DNA of 64,000 bases. Origin: an uncultured Acidobacteriota bacterium. Lineage in GTDB: Bacteria; Acidobacteriota; Thermoanaerobaculia; UBA5066. The number at the start of each line of letters is the position of its first letter. Positions within the stretch are counted from its first letter, which is position 1. A program made the position numbers and the translations under genes. Below are positions 30,450 to 40,439 of the stretch, in pieces. The notes below the pieces were generated by a model, which did not search any database, was not told the origin of the DNA, and saw only the letters and a list, made by a program, of their open reading frames with translations. Where the stretch lies: positions 160,001 to 224,000 of the forward strand of contig CAVZYA010000003.1 of NCBI GenBank assembly GCA_963779415.1, read 5' to 3'.

Positions 30450-33400
30450 CGGAGCTGCTTCCGGAAAACGATCTCGAGCGAATAGACCCCGTATTCGTCC
30501 TGCATGGCCTGGATGAAGGCCGTCGGGGAGATCTGGTACTCGAGGGAGATGACCTGCTGCTGCGCGTTCGACGCCGACCCGAACTGGTAGGCGATCGTCG
30601 CGGTGAAGTTCTTTCCGAAGGACTTGCCGATCGTCACGCGCGGCCCCGTGAACGACGTCCCCTGGAAATTCGGGTCGATCTGGAGCCGGTCGAGCCGGAA
30701 GAATTCCTTCCCCCGGCTCGTGATCGCTTCCGTGGCGAGCCCCGTCAGGAGGTCGCGCGCCGCCTGCGACACCGACGCGTCGGAGGAGGTCGTGCTTCCG
30801 ACCGGTGACCCCGACGTCGCGGTCGCCGGGAGAGTTCCCGAGGCGAGCAGGGAGACGATCTGCGCCTCGGTGAGCGGCGGGTCGGACGTGAACTTCGCCG
30901 AGAGGCGCGTCGGCGTCCCCGTCACGACGACACGCACCTCGTAATCCCCCTGGCTCGTCCGGACCAGTGTCCGCGCGTCCACGTCGAAGAAGGGCTCGAT
31001 CCGGGAGGGGTTCGAGAAGATGATCTTGCCCGACGATAGGTCGTAATCCTGGTCGCGGAGGCGCAGCCTCCCCCCCTCTTCCGCTTCGACCTGCCCGTAG
31101 AGAACCGGCCTTCCGAGGTTCCCTCGCAGGAGGAGGTCACCGCCGAGCTTCAGGCGGGCGACGTTGTTCCGGAGCTCGACCGACGACTTGGGGATCTGAA
31201 TCCGGATGTCGAGCGCCACGGCGTCGAACGGGCCGGCTACCGGGGCCTTGCCTCGCCGGCCGGAAAGCAAGGACGTGAGGTCGAGGCTCAGGTCGGCGTC
31301 GTAGAGCGCGCGCTCGACGACGATCTCGCCGCGGGCCGTCCGGGGCACGGCGTCGCCTTCGATCCGGAGGTCCCCCGAGATCGTCGCTTTGAAGCCCGTC
31401 GTCGGCTGAAAGCGAAGCGAGCCGAGATGGGTGGTGGCCCGGAGATTCGTCAGATGAAAGCCGTCGAGGACGGCGGTCGCCGAGAGATTCACCGTCCCTC
31501 CGGAATAGCGCATCGTGATGTCGCGCGCCGTCAACCGGTCGCCCGCGACGGAGAACGAGCCCGTGATCCCCTCGAAGGCGGTGCCGGTCGCCGGGCGATA
31601 GTCGACGCTCTCCATCACGATCCGCCCCGTCGGCTCCGGACGATCCGGGGTTCCGCCGAGCTTTCCCTCCACAAGAAGCCTTCCAGCCACCGCCGCGGGG
31701 GCGAGGAAGGGCGAAAAGAGAGACGTGTCGAGATTCGCGGTGAGAAGGAGGTCGAGCGCGTAAGGCGCGGAGAGCCCGACGGAGCCCGCGAGCGAGACGG
31801 TGGAAGGGATCACCGGAGTCGCACCGCCCGGACCTCCGATCTCCGAGGCCTCGGCCCGCTCGAGAACGAAGCGCCCTTCTTCGACGCGGAACGAAACGGG
31901 CCGCACGATCGAGAACGAGTGGTCGTAGAGACGCGCCGTGAAGGCCGAGAGCGTCCCGTCCCCGGCCCACGGGGCGTTCTCGGACGGGGAGCGGACCGTG
32001 ACCGCGCCCTCGAGCTCCCCGTCGAGCTTCGCTTCCGGAGGAAGGCCGAGAAGCGTCGCGAAGGGCCCGAGCCGGGTCACGGCGAGCCGCAGCGTCGTGG
32101 GCGCCCCTTCTCCCGGCGTCTCGGCACGAAGCGACGCCGCGCCCGGGGCTTCGAGGGAGGCGGTCCACCCGCCCCCTCCCGTCTTCGCGGAAAAAGCGAT
32201 CGGCGCGCCGGGCTCGCCGAGGGCCGCCTCCCCGAGAGCCGCCTCGCGAACCGTCCCCGAGATGGAAAGGGCCGGCCTCTCGACCGTCCCCTCCCCCGCG
32301 ACCCGCGCCGAGATCCGCCCGGAGAGCGACGGAACGCTCGCGGAGAGGCGCCCGATCGAGGACGCCGGGATGGAGTCGGCGTCGAGGGTGAGGTCGAAGC
32401 CTCCGTCCGCGAAGCGGTAGAAGCCCGCTCCGTGCGCTCTCCCATCGCCGACCGCTCCTTCGGCATCCGCGATCCGGATCCGGTCTCCCTCGAAGGCGAG
32501 CGTCCCCATGAGCCGGTCGAACGACTGGCCCCACGCCGCCCCTTTCTCCCAGACGACCGCCCCTTGGCCGCGGAGCGCCGGCGTGATTCCCGAGAGGGGC
32601 AGCCGTCCGGTCAACGGCCCCGACATCGGAAGGTCGAAGTCGAGAAAGGCGAGGACACGCTCGAGCGGCCAGGCGCGAAGATCGGCCACGAGATCGTCGA
32701 GCTTGTAGTGGCCGGCCAAGGCTCCCCCCCAACCGATCTTTCCCGTGACCGACAGAGAGGAATTGCCGTCGGCCGCGGCGAACGGGGCGAAGGTCGCGGT
32801 ATTGCCGTCGACGGTGACGTTCGCCTTCACATCGCCGAAGCGGGCGCCCCTGAGGACGAAGTTCTCCGCTTCGAAGCTCGCGACGACGTAAGGGTTGCCG
32901 AAGGCCCGCGTGAGCTGCGCCTCGAGGCTCCCGGAGCCGCCGAGGCCTAGCGGCGGCGTGAGCGGCTCCTTCTGGATCGCGGCGTACCAGTTCTCGGCGA
33001 CGCGCTGAAGCTCGGCGAGATCGGGCGCTTCGGCACGCAGCGTCAGGTCGGGCGTCCAGCTGCCGAGGGCGATCGTGCCGTCGAGCCGCGCCTGAAGCCC
33101 GCCCTGCGTCGTGAGCGGGAAATGATCGAAGAGGATCTTCCCGCCGCGAATGGCCAGATCCCCGCCGCCGGACGTCGGAAGGGCGTGCCGGCCGCGGACG
33201 GCAGACGGAGACGACGGGTCCGGGACGATCCGGAGCGCGCCGACGCCGTCGGCCCTCTCGATCCCGCCCGGGCCCCAGGTGAGCGTCGTGTCGAGGTCGC
33301 CACGCCCCGTCATCCCCGTCCCGGGAAGGCCGATCGCCGCGAAGAAGCTCTCGAAACCGAGATCGTGCCCATGGACGATCAGGTCGACCGGAATCGGCGG

Positions 33401-34502
33401 GTTCTTGAGCCGCTCGACCCGGACGTCGGCCTCGACCGTCCCGCCGAGCATCTCCGCCCGCGTCACCTTCGCGAGGACCCCCGCCTTGTCGACGTAGAGG
33501 ATTCCCGAGGCCTTCACGGGGAACGGACCGAAGGCGCCGTCGTCGACGGCGAACGACGCCCGTGCCTCGACCCCCCCCTTCTCCTTCACGAGAAGAGATC
33601 CCGCGATCCGGAGCGGGCCCGAGAGCGGCACTCCGATCCCGAAGAGCTGGCCCAGCGCCTCGCCGCGCGTCTCGATCGTCGGGAAGAGCTGAAGCGTCGG
33701 GTGGCGCAGATTGTCGATCCCGCCGAACGCGTCGAGCGAGAGCCGCTGACCGCGCAGGTGGAGGTCGTGGATCTTCAGTCGTCCCGGCGACAGGTCGGCT
33801 CCGACGCCGAAGGAGAAGTCGAGCGTCTCGTAGTCGCCGATACGGACCCGCGCCTTCCGGACGCCGAGATCGAGGTACGAGGTGGAGGAGAATCGCGAAC
33901 GGCGCGAGACGAACGCCGCCTCCGAAAGGACCGCGTCCAGCTGCGCCGACCACTCCCGGAACCGGAAGGTCGCCCGCTGGACGACAGCCTCCGAGAGAAT
34001 GACGTCGAGCCCGCCTTCCCCGTCCCCCTCCGAGAGCCGGGAAAAGTTGTTCGTCCCGTCCTCGAAGACCTCGAAGACGATCGTGGGGGCGACGAGGCGG
34101 AACTTCGGCAGCTCGAGCCGGCGTCCGAAGAGCGACGGGAGGCCCCGGAACTCGACCTCGCTCGCGGCGAAGCAGGGGCCCGGAAGGCCGCGCGGGTCGT
34201 TCCCGATCGAGACGTCGCGCACGACGAAGGCGGGGGAGAAGCGAGAGGTCGAACCTTCCGATCCTGACCGGGCGGGCCCACTTCTTCGAGAGGAAGGTCT
34301 CCGTCCGGTGCCGCAGAAGTTCCTGGAACTTCACCGAGCGAAAGACGGCGTAGAGGACGAGGATCGCGAAAAGGAGAAGAAGGCCAAAGAGGCGCAGGAC
34401 CCGGACCTGGGTCAGCGTCAGGCCGGGAATGTGCGGGTGCGGGATGCGAACCCGGCGTCCCAGGTGGCGCGTCGCCTCGGGACCGCCGTCCGGACTCGCC
34501 AT
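30446..34502 (-). CDS. tamB: TamB / AsmA-like translocation assembly protein, frameshift near 34240
   Basis: N-terminal TM anchor in one frame, long beta-rich body, C-terminal F.SDPPL.E.QIVSLLA.G TamB-type motif; coupled to the Omp85 gene. Confidence 0.8.
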
Positions 34503-34508
34503 GCCCCC

Positions 34509-35405
34509 TTAGCGGCTCCCGTTTCCGTGACCGCCGCCGAACGAGAGCTTCCCGGCGAGGACGTCGAAGAAGGAGTCCTTCGAGTGGCGGACGAGGCCGA
34601 CCGAGACCGGGGCCCGCGCCACGGAGATCCTCATCGCCGACGACACCGGGAGCCCTTCCTGCCCGTCGAGCGTCAGGTAGACGTCCGTCGGGTCCCCTTC
34701 GACGGCCAGCTCGAGCCGGACGGAGTCGGGAAGGACGAGAGGCCGGAGCGAAAGCGTGTGGGGGCAGATCGGCGTCAGGAGGAGCGCGGGCATCTGCGGC
34801 TCGAGGATCGGCCCGCCGGCCGAGAGGTTGTAGCCCGTCGATCCCGTCGGCGTCGCGATGATGATGCCGTCCCCGCGGTACCGCGAGACGACGGCGCCGT
34901 CCGCCTCCACGCGGATCACGGCGATCCGCGCGAGGGCGGAGCGAGAGACGACCGCGTCGTTGACGACCCGATACCGGCGCGGCGGCCGCCCCGGCTCACT
35001 CACCGTGACGTCGAAGAGCCGGCGACGCTCGACCGGAGCCTCGCCTCGGAGCGCCGCCTCGAGAAGCCGCGGGAACTCCTCCGGGCTGCAGGCCGTCAGG
35101 AATCCGAGAGTCCCGCCGATGTCGACGCCGAGGACGGGAACGCCCGGCGAGGGGTGCCGGGCGACGGAGAGAAGCGTCCCGTCGCCCCCCAGCGACACGA
35201 CGAGGTCGACGGCGGACGCGATCTCCGAGCGCGCGATGCCGGGCGCCCCGCGCGCCGCGGCGGACTCGGCGTCGTGGACCACGGTGAGACCGCGCCGCCG
35301 GAGCGCCCGCGCGAGGCTGCGCGACAGCTCCAGCGCTTCGGTGCTCGTGTAGCGCGTCACCAGCCCGACCCGCCTGATCCGCCGGGACTTGCGGGCAGTT
35401 CTCAT
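34509..35405 (-). CDS. nadK: NAD(+) kinase
   Basis: LGGDGTLL, GTLGFLT, VND, GDGIIIATPTGSTGYNLSAGGP, TPICPH. Confidence 0.95.
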   Translation of the reverse strand: MRTARKSRRIRRVGLVTRYTSTEALELSRSLARALRRRGLTVVHDAESAAARGAPGIARSEIASAVDLVVSLGGDGTLLSVARHPSPGVPVLGVDIGGTLGFLTACSPEEFPRLLEAALRGEAPVERRRLFDVTVSEPGRPPRRYRVVNDAVVSRSALARIAVIRVEADGAVVSRYRGDGIIIATPTGSTGYNLSAGGPILEPQMPALLLTPICPHTLSLRPLVLPDSVRLELAVEGDPTDVYLTLDGQEGLPVSSAMRISVARAPVSVGLVRHSKDSFFDVLAGKLSFGGGHGNGSR

Positions 35406-35414
35406 CGTCTGAAT

Positions 35415-36179
35415 TTAACGCGAATCCGCCGGATTCGCGGCCCGAAATGCGGAGAGGAACTCCTCGTTGCCGTCGGCTCCCGCGATCGGCGACGCCGTCG
35501 TCCCGATCGAGAGGAATCCGAGGTCCCCGGCGGCGGAGACGACACGCGCCACGGCGCGCGCGCGGACCGCTTCGTCGCGGACGATCCCGCCCCGCCCCAC
35601 CTCGCCGCGCGCCGACTCGAACTGCGGCTTGACGAGGAGGACGACGTCCGCCGAAGGGGCGAGGAGCGGGACGACGGCGGGGAGGATCAGCGTCAGGGAG
35701 ATGAAGGAGACGTCCGCGACGAAAAGATCCACCGGCTCGGGAACTTCGGCTTGCGAAAGATGCCGCGCGTTCACCTTCTCCCGAAGGACGACGCGCGGAT
35801 CGCCGCGAAGCTTCGCGTGGAGCTGGCCGTACCCGACGTCGACCGCATAGACCTTCCGGGCGCCCCGCGAGAGGAGGACGTCCGTGAACCCTCCCGTCGA
35901 CGCCCCCACGTCGAGGCAGACCTTCCCCGACGGGTCGATCCCGAACCGGTCGAGCCCGGCCGCCAGCTTCACCCCGCCCCGCGAAACCCAGGGATGCTCC
36001 GGGTCCGAGACCGAAATCTCCGCATCGGGGCGGACAGGCGTCCCGGGCTTCGGAACGGCGACCCCTTTCACTGTCACCCGCCCGGCGAGGATCAGCGCCT
36101 CGGCCCGCGTCCGGCTCTCCGCCATCCCCCGCTCGACGAGCAGCCGGTCCAGCCTGACTCGCGGTGCCTTTGCGGTCAC
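35415..36179 (-). CDS. tlyA: TlyA family rRNA methyltransferase
   Basis: RLDRLLVERG, VSRGGVKL, LDVGASTGGFTD, DVSFISL, LVKPQFE. Confidence 0.95.
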   Translation of the reverse strand: MTAKAPRVRLDRLLVERGMAESRTRAEALILAGRVTVKGVAVPKPGTPVRPDAEISVSDPEHPWVSRGGVKLAAGLDRFGIDPSGKVCLDVGASTGGFTDVLLSRGARKVYAVDVGYGQLHAKLRGDPRVVLREKVNARHLSQAEVPEPVDLFVADVSFISLTLILPAVVPLLAPSADVVLLVKPQFESARGEVGRGGIVRDEAVRARAVARVVSAAGDLGFLSIGTTASPIAGADGNEEFLSAFRAANPADSR

Positions 36180-37195
36180 CGCGTGACTATCACCTTGAGG
36201 ACGTCGCCGCGGGCGCGAGCGAGGCGGAAGGCTTCCGGGGCGTCGGCGAGCGGGACGCGGTGGGTGACGATCCGGTCGGCGCGGACGACGCCGCTCGCGA
36301 TGAGGGACATCGCCCGCTTCAGCTCCGCGGCGCCGCAGGAGTACGAGAAGCGGAGCGAAAGGTCGCGGAGGTACGCCGTGTGCGGCGCGAGGCTCCAGCG
36401 CGTCTCGGGGGGGACCGGCGAATAGAGGACGACGCGCCCCGCCGGCGCGGCGGCCTCGACCGCGGTCTCGAACGCGGAAGCGGCGTAGGGGAGGACGAAG
36501 ACGGCGTCGGCTCCCCAGCCGGCGCTCTCCTCGCGCACGACGGACGCGAGCCCTTCCGCCGGGTCGAGGAGTCGGTCGAAGCCGAGCTTCTTCGCCGAAG
36601 CCCTCCGGGCCGGATCGGGATCGCTTCCGATCAGTCGTACCGCTCCCGCCTCGCGCGCCAGAAGCCCAAGGAGGACACCACTCGACCCGAGGCCGATCAC
36701 CGCCACGAGATCGCCGGGCCTCACCGCGCCCCGGTCGACCGCCTTGAGGGCGCAGGCGACCGGCTCTGCCAGCGCCCCGTCCTCGAACGAGAGGCCGTCG
36801 GGGACGAGGAGCGTGTCCGTGGCAACGGTCTCGGCTTCCGCGCGGAAGAAGTCGGCGAGGCCCCCGGGGTGGAGGCGGTTCGGCTTCCAGGCCGGGCACA
36901 TCACCGGCTCGCCGGCCTGGCACGACCGGCAGCGCCCGCATGCCGCATGGTGGTGGACGAAGACGCGGTCGCCCGGGCGGAAGGCCGTGACCCCCTTCCC
37001 CACGGCCGCGACGACGCCCGCCGGCTCGTGCCCGAGTACCGCCGGCGCCTTCGACGCCACATACCACGGGGCGAGGTCGCTTCCGCAAAGCCCGACCGCC
37101 TTCATCTCGACGAGAAGCTCTCCCGGCCCGATCGCCGGGACCGGCACCTCGACGACCTCGATGTTGTCGAGCGAGCGGACGAGGGCGGCCTTCAC
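36176..37195 (-). CDS. Zn-dependent alcohol/polyol dehydrogenase (MDR)
   Basis: CGSD, GHE, CGRCRSC..C, EPVAC, GLGSSG. Confidence 0.9.
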   Translation of the reverse strand: MKAALVRSLDNIEVVEVPVPAIGPGELLVEMKAVGLCGSDLAPWYVASKAPAVLGHEPAGVVAAVGKGVTAFRPGDRVFVHHHAACGRCRSCQAGEPVMCPAWKPNRLHPGGLADFFRAEAETVATDTLLVPDGLSFEDGALAEPVACALKAVDRGAVRPGDLVAVIGLGSSGVLLGLLAREAGAVRLIGSDPDPARRASAKKLGFDRLLDPAEGLASVVREESAGWGADAVFVLPYAASAFETAVEAAAPAGRVVLYSPVPPETRWSLAPHTAYLRDLSLRFSYSCGAAELKRAMSLIASGVVRADRIVTHRVPLADAPEAFRLARARGDVLKVIVTR

Positions 37196-38205
37196 GGAAC
37201 GATCACCAGCTTCATCACTTCACCCCGCTCCACCTCGTCGAACGCCCCGCGCCACCCGGAAAGAGGGCGCGTTCCCGAGAGAACCGGCGCCGACGGCACC
37301 TCGCCCGAGGCGAGGAGCGAGAGCGCGCGGTCTGCGTCGGCCGGCGTGTAGTGGAAGGAGCCGACGACGGACACCTCCTCGTAGTGGACCCGGAACGCGT
37401 CGACGTCGAGCCGGCTTCCCGCCGCCATTCCGGCGAAGAGAAGGAGCGTTCCCCCCGGGGCGACACGCGCGGCGAGAGACGACGCGACCGCCGGCGAGCC
37501 GGTCGTGTCGATGACGAGGTCGAAGAAGCCCGGAACGGCGGACCGGATCGCGTCGGCGGAGCCGGTCCTGTCGAGGCGGACCACTTCTGCCCCCATCCCT
37601 TCGAGGCTGAGAAGCCGAACGCGTTCCACCCCTGCGACGACGACTCCCGCGGCCTTCTCTCTCAGAAGAAGATGATGCAGCGCCGCGATCGGCCCGCACC
37701 CGGCGATCAGGACGCGCGCGCCGGAGCGCGGCGGAACCCGCGAAAGGCCGTGGACGACCGAGGCGAGCGGGTCCAGAAGCGCGGCTGCCTCGAAGGAAAG
37801 CCCGTCCGGAATCTTCCGGACGGCTCCCCGGACGAGGCGCGACGAGAGGCAGACCCGGTCCGCGAAGGCCCCCCAGAGCGGCGCCTCGAAAGCCGTCTCG
37901 CAGAGATTCGCCCTTCCGGCCCGGCAGGTTGCGCAGGTCCCGCAGGGCGCCGTGACAGCCGACGTGACGCGCGCCCCCGGCGCGAATGGCGACCCTTCCC
38001 CAGCCGACACGACGATGCCCGCCACCTCGTGCCCGAGCGTCACCGGAAACGGCACCTTCGGGTGCCCGCGCCGGAGGAGCTTCAGGTCGGTGCCGCACGT
38101 CAGGGCCGCCCGGACCTCCACGACGATTTCTCCCGGACCGGGCACCGGGTCCGGCCGATCCACGAGGGAGGCCCGCCCCGGACCGTCGCAGACGAGGGCG
38201 CGCAT
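37192..38205 (-). CDS. Zn-dependent alcohol/polyol dehydrogenase (MDR), second paralogue
   Basis: CGTDLK, GHE, CGTCATC..C, GCGPI. Confidence 0.9.
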   Translation of the reverse strand: MRALVCDGPGRASLVDRPDPVPGPGEIVVEVRAALTCGTDLKLLRRGHPKVPFPVTLGHEVAGIVVSAGEGSPFAPGARVTSAVTAPCGTCATCRAGRANLCETAFEAPLWGAFADRVCLSSRLVRGAVRKIPDGLSFEAAALLDPLASVVHGLSRVPPRSGARVLIAGCGPIAALHHLLLREKAAGVVVAGVERVRLLSLEGMGAEVVRLDRTGSADAIRSAVPGFFDLVIDTTGSPAVASSLAARVAPGGTLLLFAGMAAGSRLDVDAFRVHYEEVSVVGSFHYTPADADRALSLLASGEVPSAPVLSGTRPLSGWRGAFDEVERGEVMKLVIVP

Positions 38206-38288
38206 CGCCCAGAAGCGTAGCAGCGTCGGCGCGGAGGTGAAGCAACCGTCTTCTTGACGGCGTCCCGGGTCACGATCAGTCTCGCGCG

Positions 38289-39227
38289 GTGACGCCGCCC
38301 AGCCCGGCCGCCGGTCCGAGCGCTCCGGCCTACGCCCTCCTCTCGGTGGCGACGGCTCTCGTCACGATCACGCTCAAGCTCGTGGCGTGGCGGCTCACGG
38401 GATCGGTGGGCCTCCTCTCCGACGCCATCGAGTCGTTCGTGAACCTGCTCGCGGCGCTCGTGGCGTTCTGGGCGCTCATGGTCGCGAAGAAGCCGGCCGA
38501 TCCGGAGCACGCCTTCGGCCACACGAAGGCCGAGTACCTGGCGAGCGGATTCGAGGGGATGGCGATCCTCGCCGCGGCCGCGGCCATCGCGGCGACGTCC
38601 GTGGACCGCCTCTTCCATCTCCAGCCCCTCACGGCGATCGGGGCCGGCCTCGGCGTCTCCGTCGTCGCTTCGGCCGTGAACGGGGCGGCGGCCTTCGTTC
38701 TCCTCCGCGCGGGGCGCCGGCTCAACTCGATCACCCTCCGCGCCGACGCATGGCACCTCTTCACCGACGTCTGGACCTCGGCGGGCGTCCTCGCCGGCGT
38801 GGGCCTCGTCTGGGCGACCGGCTGGCTCCTCCTCGACCCGGTCGTCGCCCTCCTCGTGGCCGCGAACATCGTCTGGACGGGGATGAAGCTTCTCCGCGAG
38901 ACGGGGCATGGCCTCCTCGACCGGGCGCTGAACGAGAAGGACCAGAAGAAGATCGACGCGATCCTCGACGGCTACCGCGTCCGGGGCGTCGAGTTCCACG
39001 AAGTCCGGACGCGCGCGGCAGGCCCGCGCCATTTCGTCCAGATGCACGTCCTCGTTCCCGGGGGGTGGACGGTCCAGTCGGGCCACGACCTTCTCGAGGA
39101 CGTCGAGGCCGCGATCGTCGCCACACTCCCCGGCGCCTCCGTCATCACCCACCTCGAGCCGCTCGAGGACCCGGCCTCGTGGGACGACGAAGGGCTGGAA
39201 CGGAAGCCGAAATCTCCGGCGGGCTGA
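38289..39227 (+). CDS. Cation diffusion facilitator (FieF-like)
   Basis: GLLSDAIES, KPADPEHAFGHTKAEY, ADAWHLFTD, HLEP. Confidence 0.92.
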   Translation: MTPPSPAAGPSAPAYALLSVATALVTITLKLVAWRLTGSVGLLSDAIESFVNLLAALVAFWALMVAKKPADPEHAFGHTKAEYLASGFEGMAILAAAAAIAATSVDRLFHLQPLTAIGAGLGVSVVASAVNGAAAFVLLRAGRRLNSITLRADAWHLFTDVWTSAGVLAGVGLVWATGWLLLDPVVALLVAANIVWTGMKLLRETGHGLLDRALNEKDQKKIDAILDGYRVRGVEFHEVRTRAAGPRHFVQMHVLVPGGWTVQSGHDLLEDVEAAIVATLPGASVITHLEPLEDPASWDDEGLERKPKSPAG

Positions 39228-39234
39228 CGTTCCC

Positions 39235-40167
39235 TCAGCGGTCGCGGCGGGCGACGTAGGTCGCGAGAGCCGAGAGGGGGCCGGCGGGCCCTTCGAAAGC
39301 GCGGGCGGCCTCGAGTGTCCACGAAAGCGCGCGCTCCAGCTCCGCCTTCGCGCCCTCGAGCCCGAAGAGGTTCGGATAGGTCAGCTTGTGCTGCTCGACG
39401 TCCTTCCCGGCCGTCTTCCCGAGCGTCGACGACTCCTGCGTCACGTCGAGGATGTCGTCGGCGATCTGGAAGAGGAGTCCCAGCCGCTCGCCGAACGCCG
39501 CGGCGGCCGAGCGAACGGAGGGGTCCGCGCCGGCGTAGAGCGCGCCCAATTCGACGGAGGCCCGGAGCAGCCGGCCGGTCTTGAGCAGGTGGATCTTCCT
39601 GAGAAGCGAGACCGGATCGGAAACGTCGCTCGCGTCCGTCGCGGCGAGGTCGAGGGCCTGCCCACCGGCCATCCCGTCGAGGCCGAGAGCGCGCGCCGCG
39701 AGGGCTCCGGCCTCGGCCCGCCGCGCCGCGAACGTGTCGCCCCGCGGGCGCGTCGCGAGGATCTCGAAGCCGAGAGTCTGGAGGGTGTCCCCGGCGAGAA
39801 GCGCCGTCGCCTCGCCGAAGACGACGTGACAGGTCGGCTTCCCACGCCTGAGGTCGTCGTCGTCCATGCAGGGAAGGTCATCGTGGATGAGGGAATAGGT
39901 GTGGAAGAGCTCGAGCGCAGAAGCGGCCGCCGCGAGCTCCCCGCGGGGCGGAAGAGACCCCGGCGGCTCACTGGCCCCGCACGCCTCGGCGGCGAGAAGG
40001 CAGAGGACCGGGCGAATCCGTTTTCCTCCGGCGAGCGTCGAATGGCGCATCGCCGCGGCCAGCCCCTTCGGATCCTCTCCTTCCGTCGGGAGTATGGTGA
40101 GGAGCGCCCGCTCGACCTCGGTCCGCCGCGCCTCGAGAAGCTCCGGAAGCGATGCCGGCGCTATCAC
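39235..40167 (-). CDS. ispA: Polyprenyl (farnesyl/geranylgeranyl) diphosphate synthase
   Basis: GGKRIRP, SLIHDDLPCMDDDDLRRGKPTCH, FQIADDILD, GKTAGKD. Confidence 0.93.
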   Translation of the reverse strand: MIAPASLPELLEARRTEVERALLTILPTEGEDPKGLAAAMRHSTLAGGKRIRPVLCLLAAEACGASEPPGSLPPRGELAAAASALELFHTYSLIHDDLPCMDDDDLRRGKPTCHVVFGEATALLAGDTLQTLGFEILATRPRGDTFAARRAEAGALAARALGLDGMAGGQALDLAATDASDVSDPVSLLRKIHLLKTGRLLRASVELGALYAGADPSVRSAAAAFGERLGLLFQIADDILDVTQESSTLGKTAGKDVEQHKLTYPNLFGLEGAKAELERALSWTLEAARAFEGPAGPLSALATYVARRDR

Positions 40168-40439
40168 GCCTTCTCGTCCTCCTCGTCCCCGGCTTCTTCC
40201 AGCTCCTTCGTCTCGAATCCCTCGGGCGTTTCCTTGAGGACGACCTCGACGCGGCGCTGGATCTCGTCTATCTTCCCGCGGCAGAACCGGGCGAGAGCCA
40301 CCCCCTCCTCGAACAGGGCGAGCGACGACTCGAGCCCCTTCTCGGGATCCTCCAGCTCGCCAGTGATCTCCTGGAGCCGCGCGAGCGCCTTCTCGAACGT
40401 CAGGTTCTTCGGGAGAGGAGCGGCCTTACTCTTGGTCAT
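40164..40439 (-). CDS. xseB: Exodeoxyribonuclease VII small subunit
   Basis: FEKALARLQEI..ELE...LESSLALFEEG; synteny with xseA and ispA. Confidence 0.92.
   Translation of the reverse strand: MTKSKAAPLPKNLTFEKALARLQEITGELEDPEKGLESSLALFEEGVALARFCRGKIDEIQRRVEVVLKETPEGFETKELEEAGDEEDEKA

Noticed and set aside
27567-30485. 972-aa plus-strand ORF and similar long ORFs (13283-16555, 33882-36425, 49569-52292, 54508-56517)
   Set aside because: Shadow frames of recognisable genes in high-GC DNA, with Arg/Gly/Pro-biased composition and no motifs
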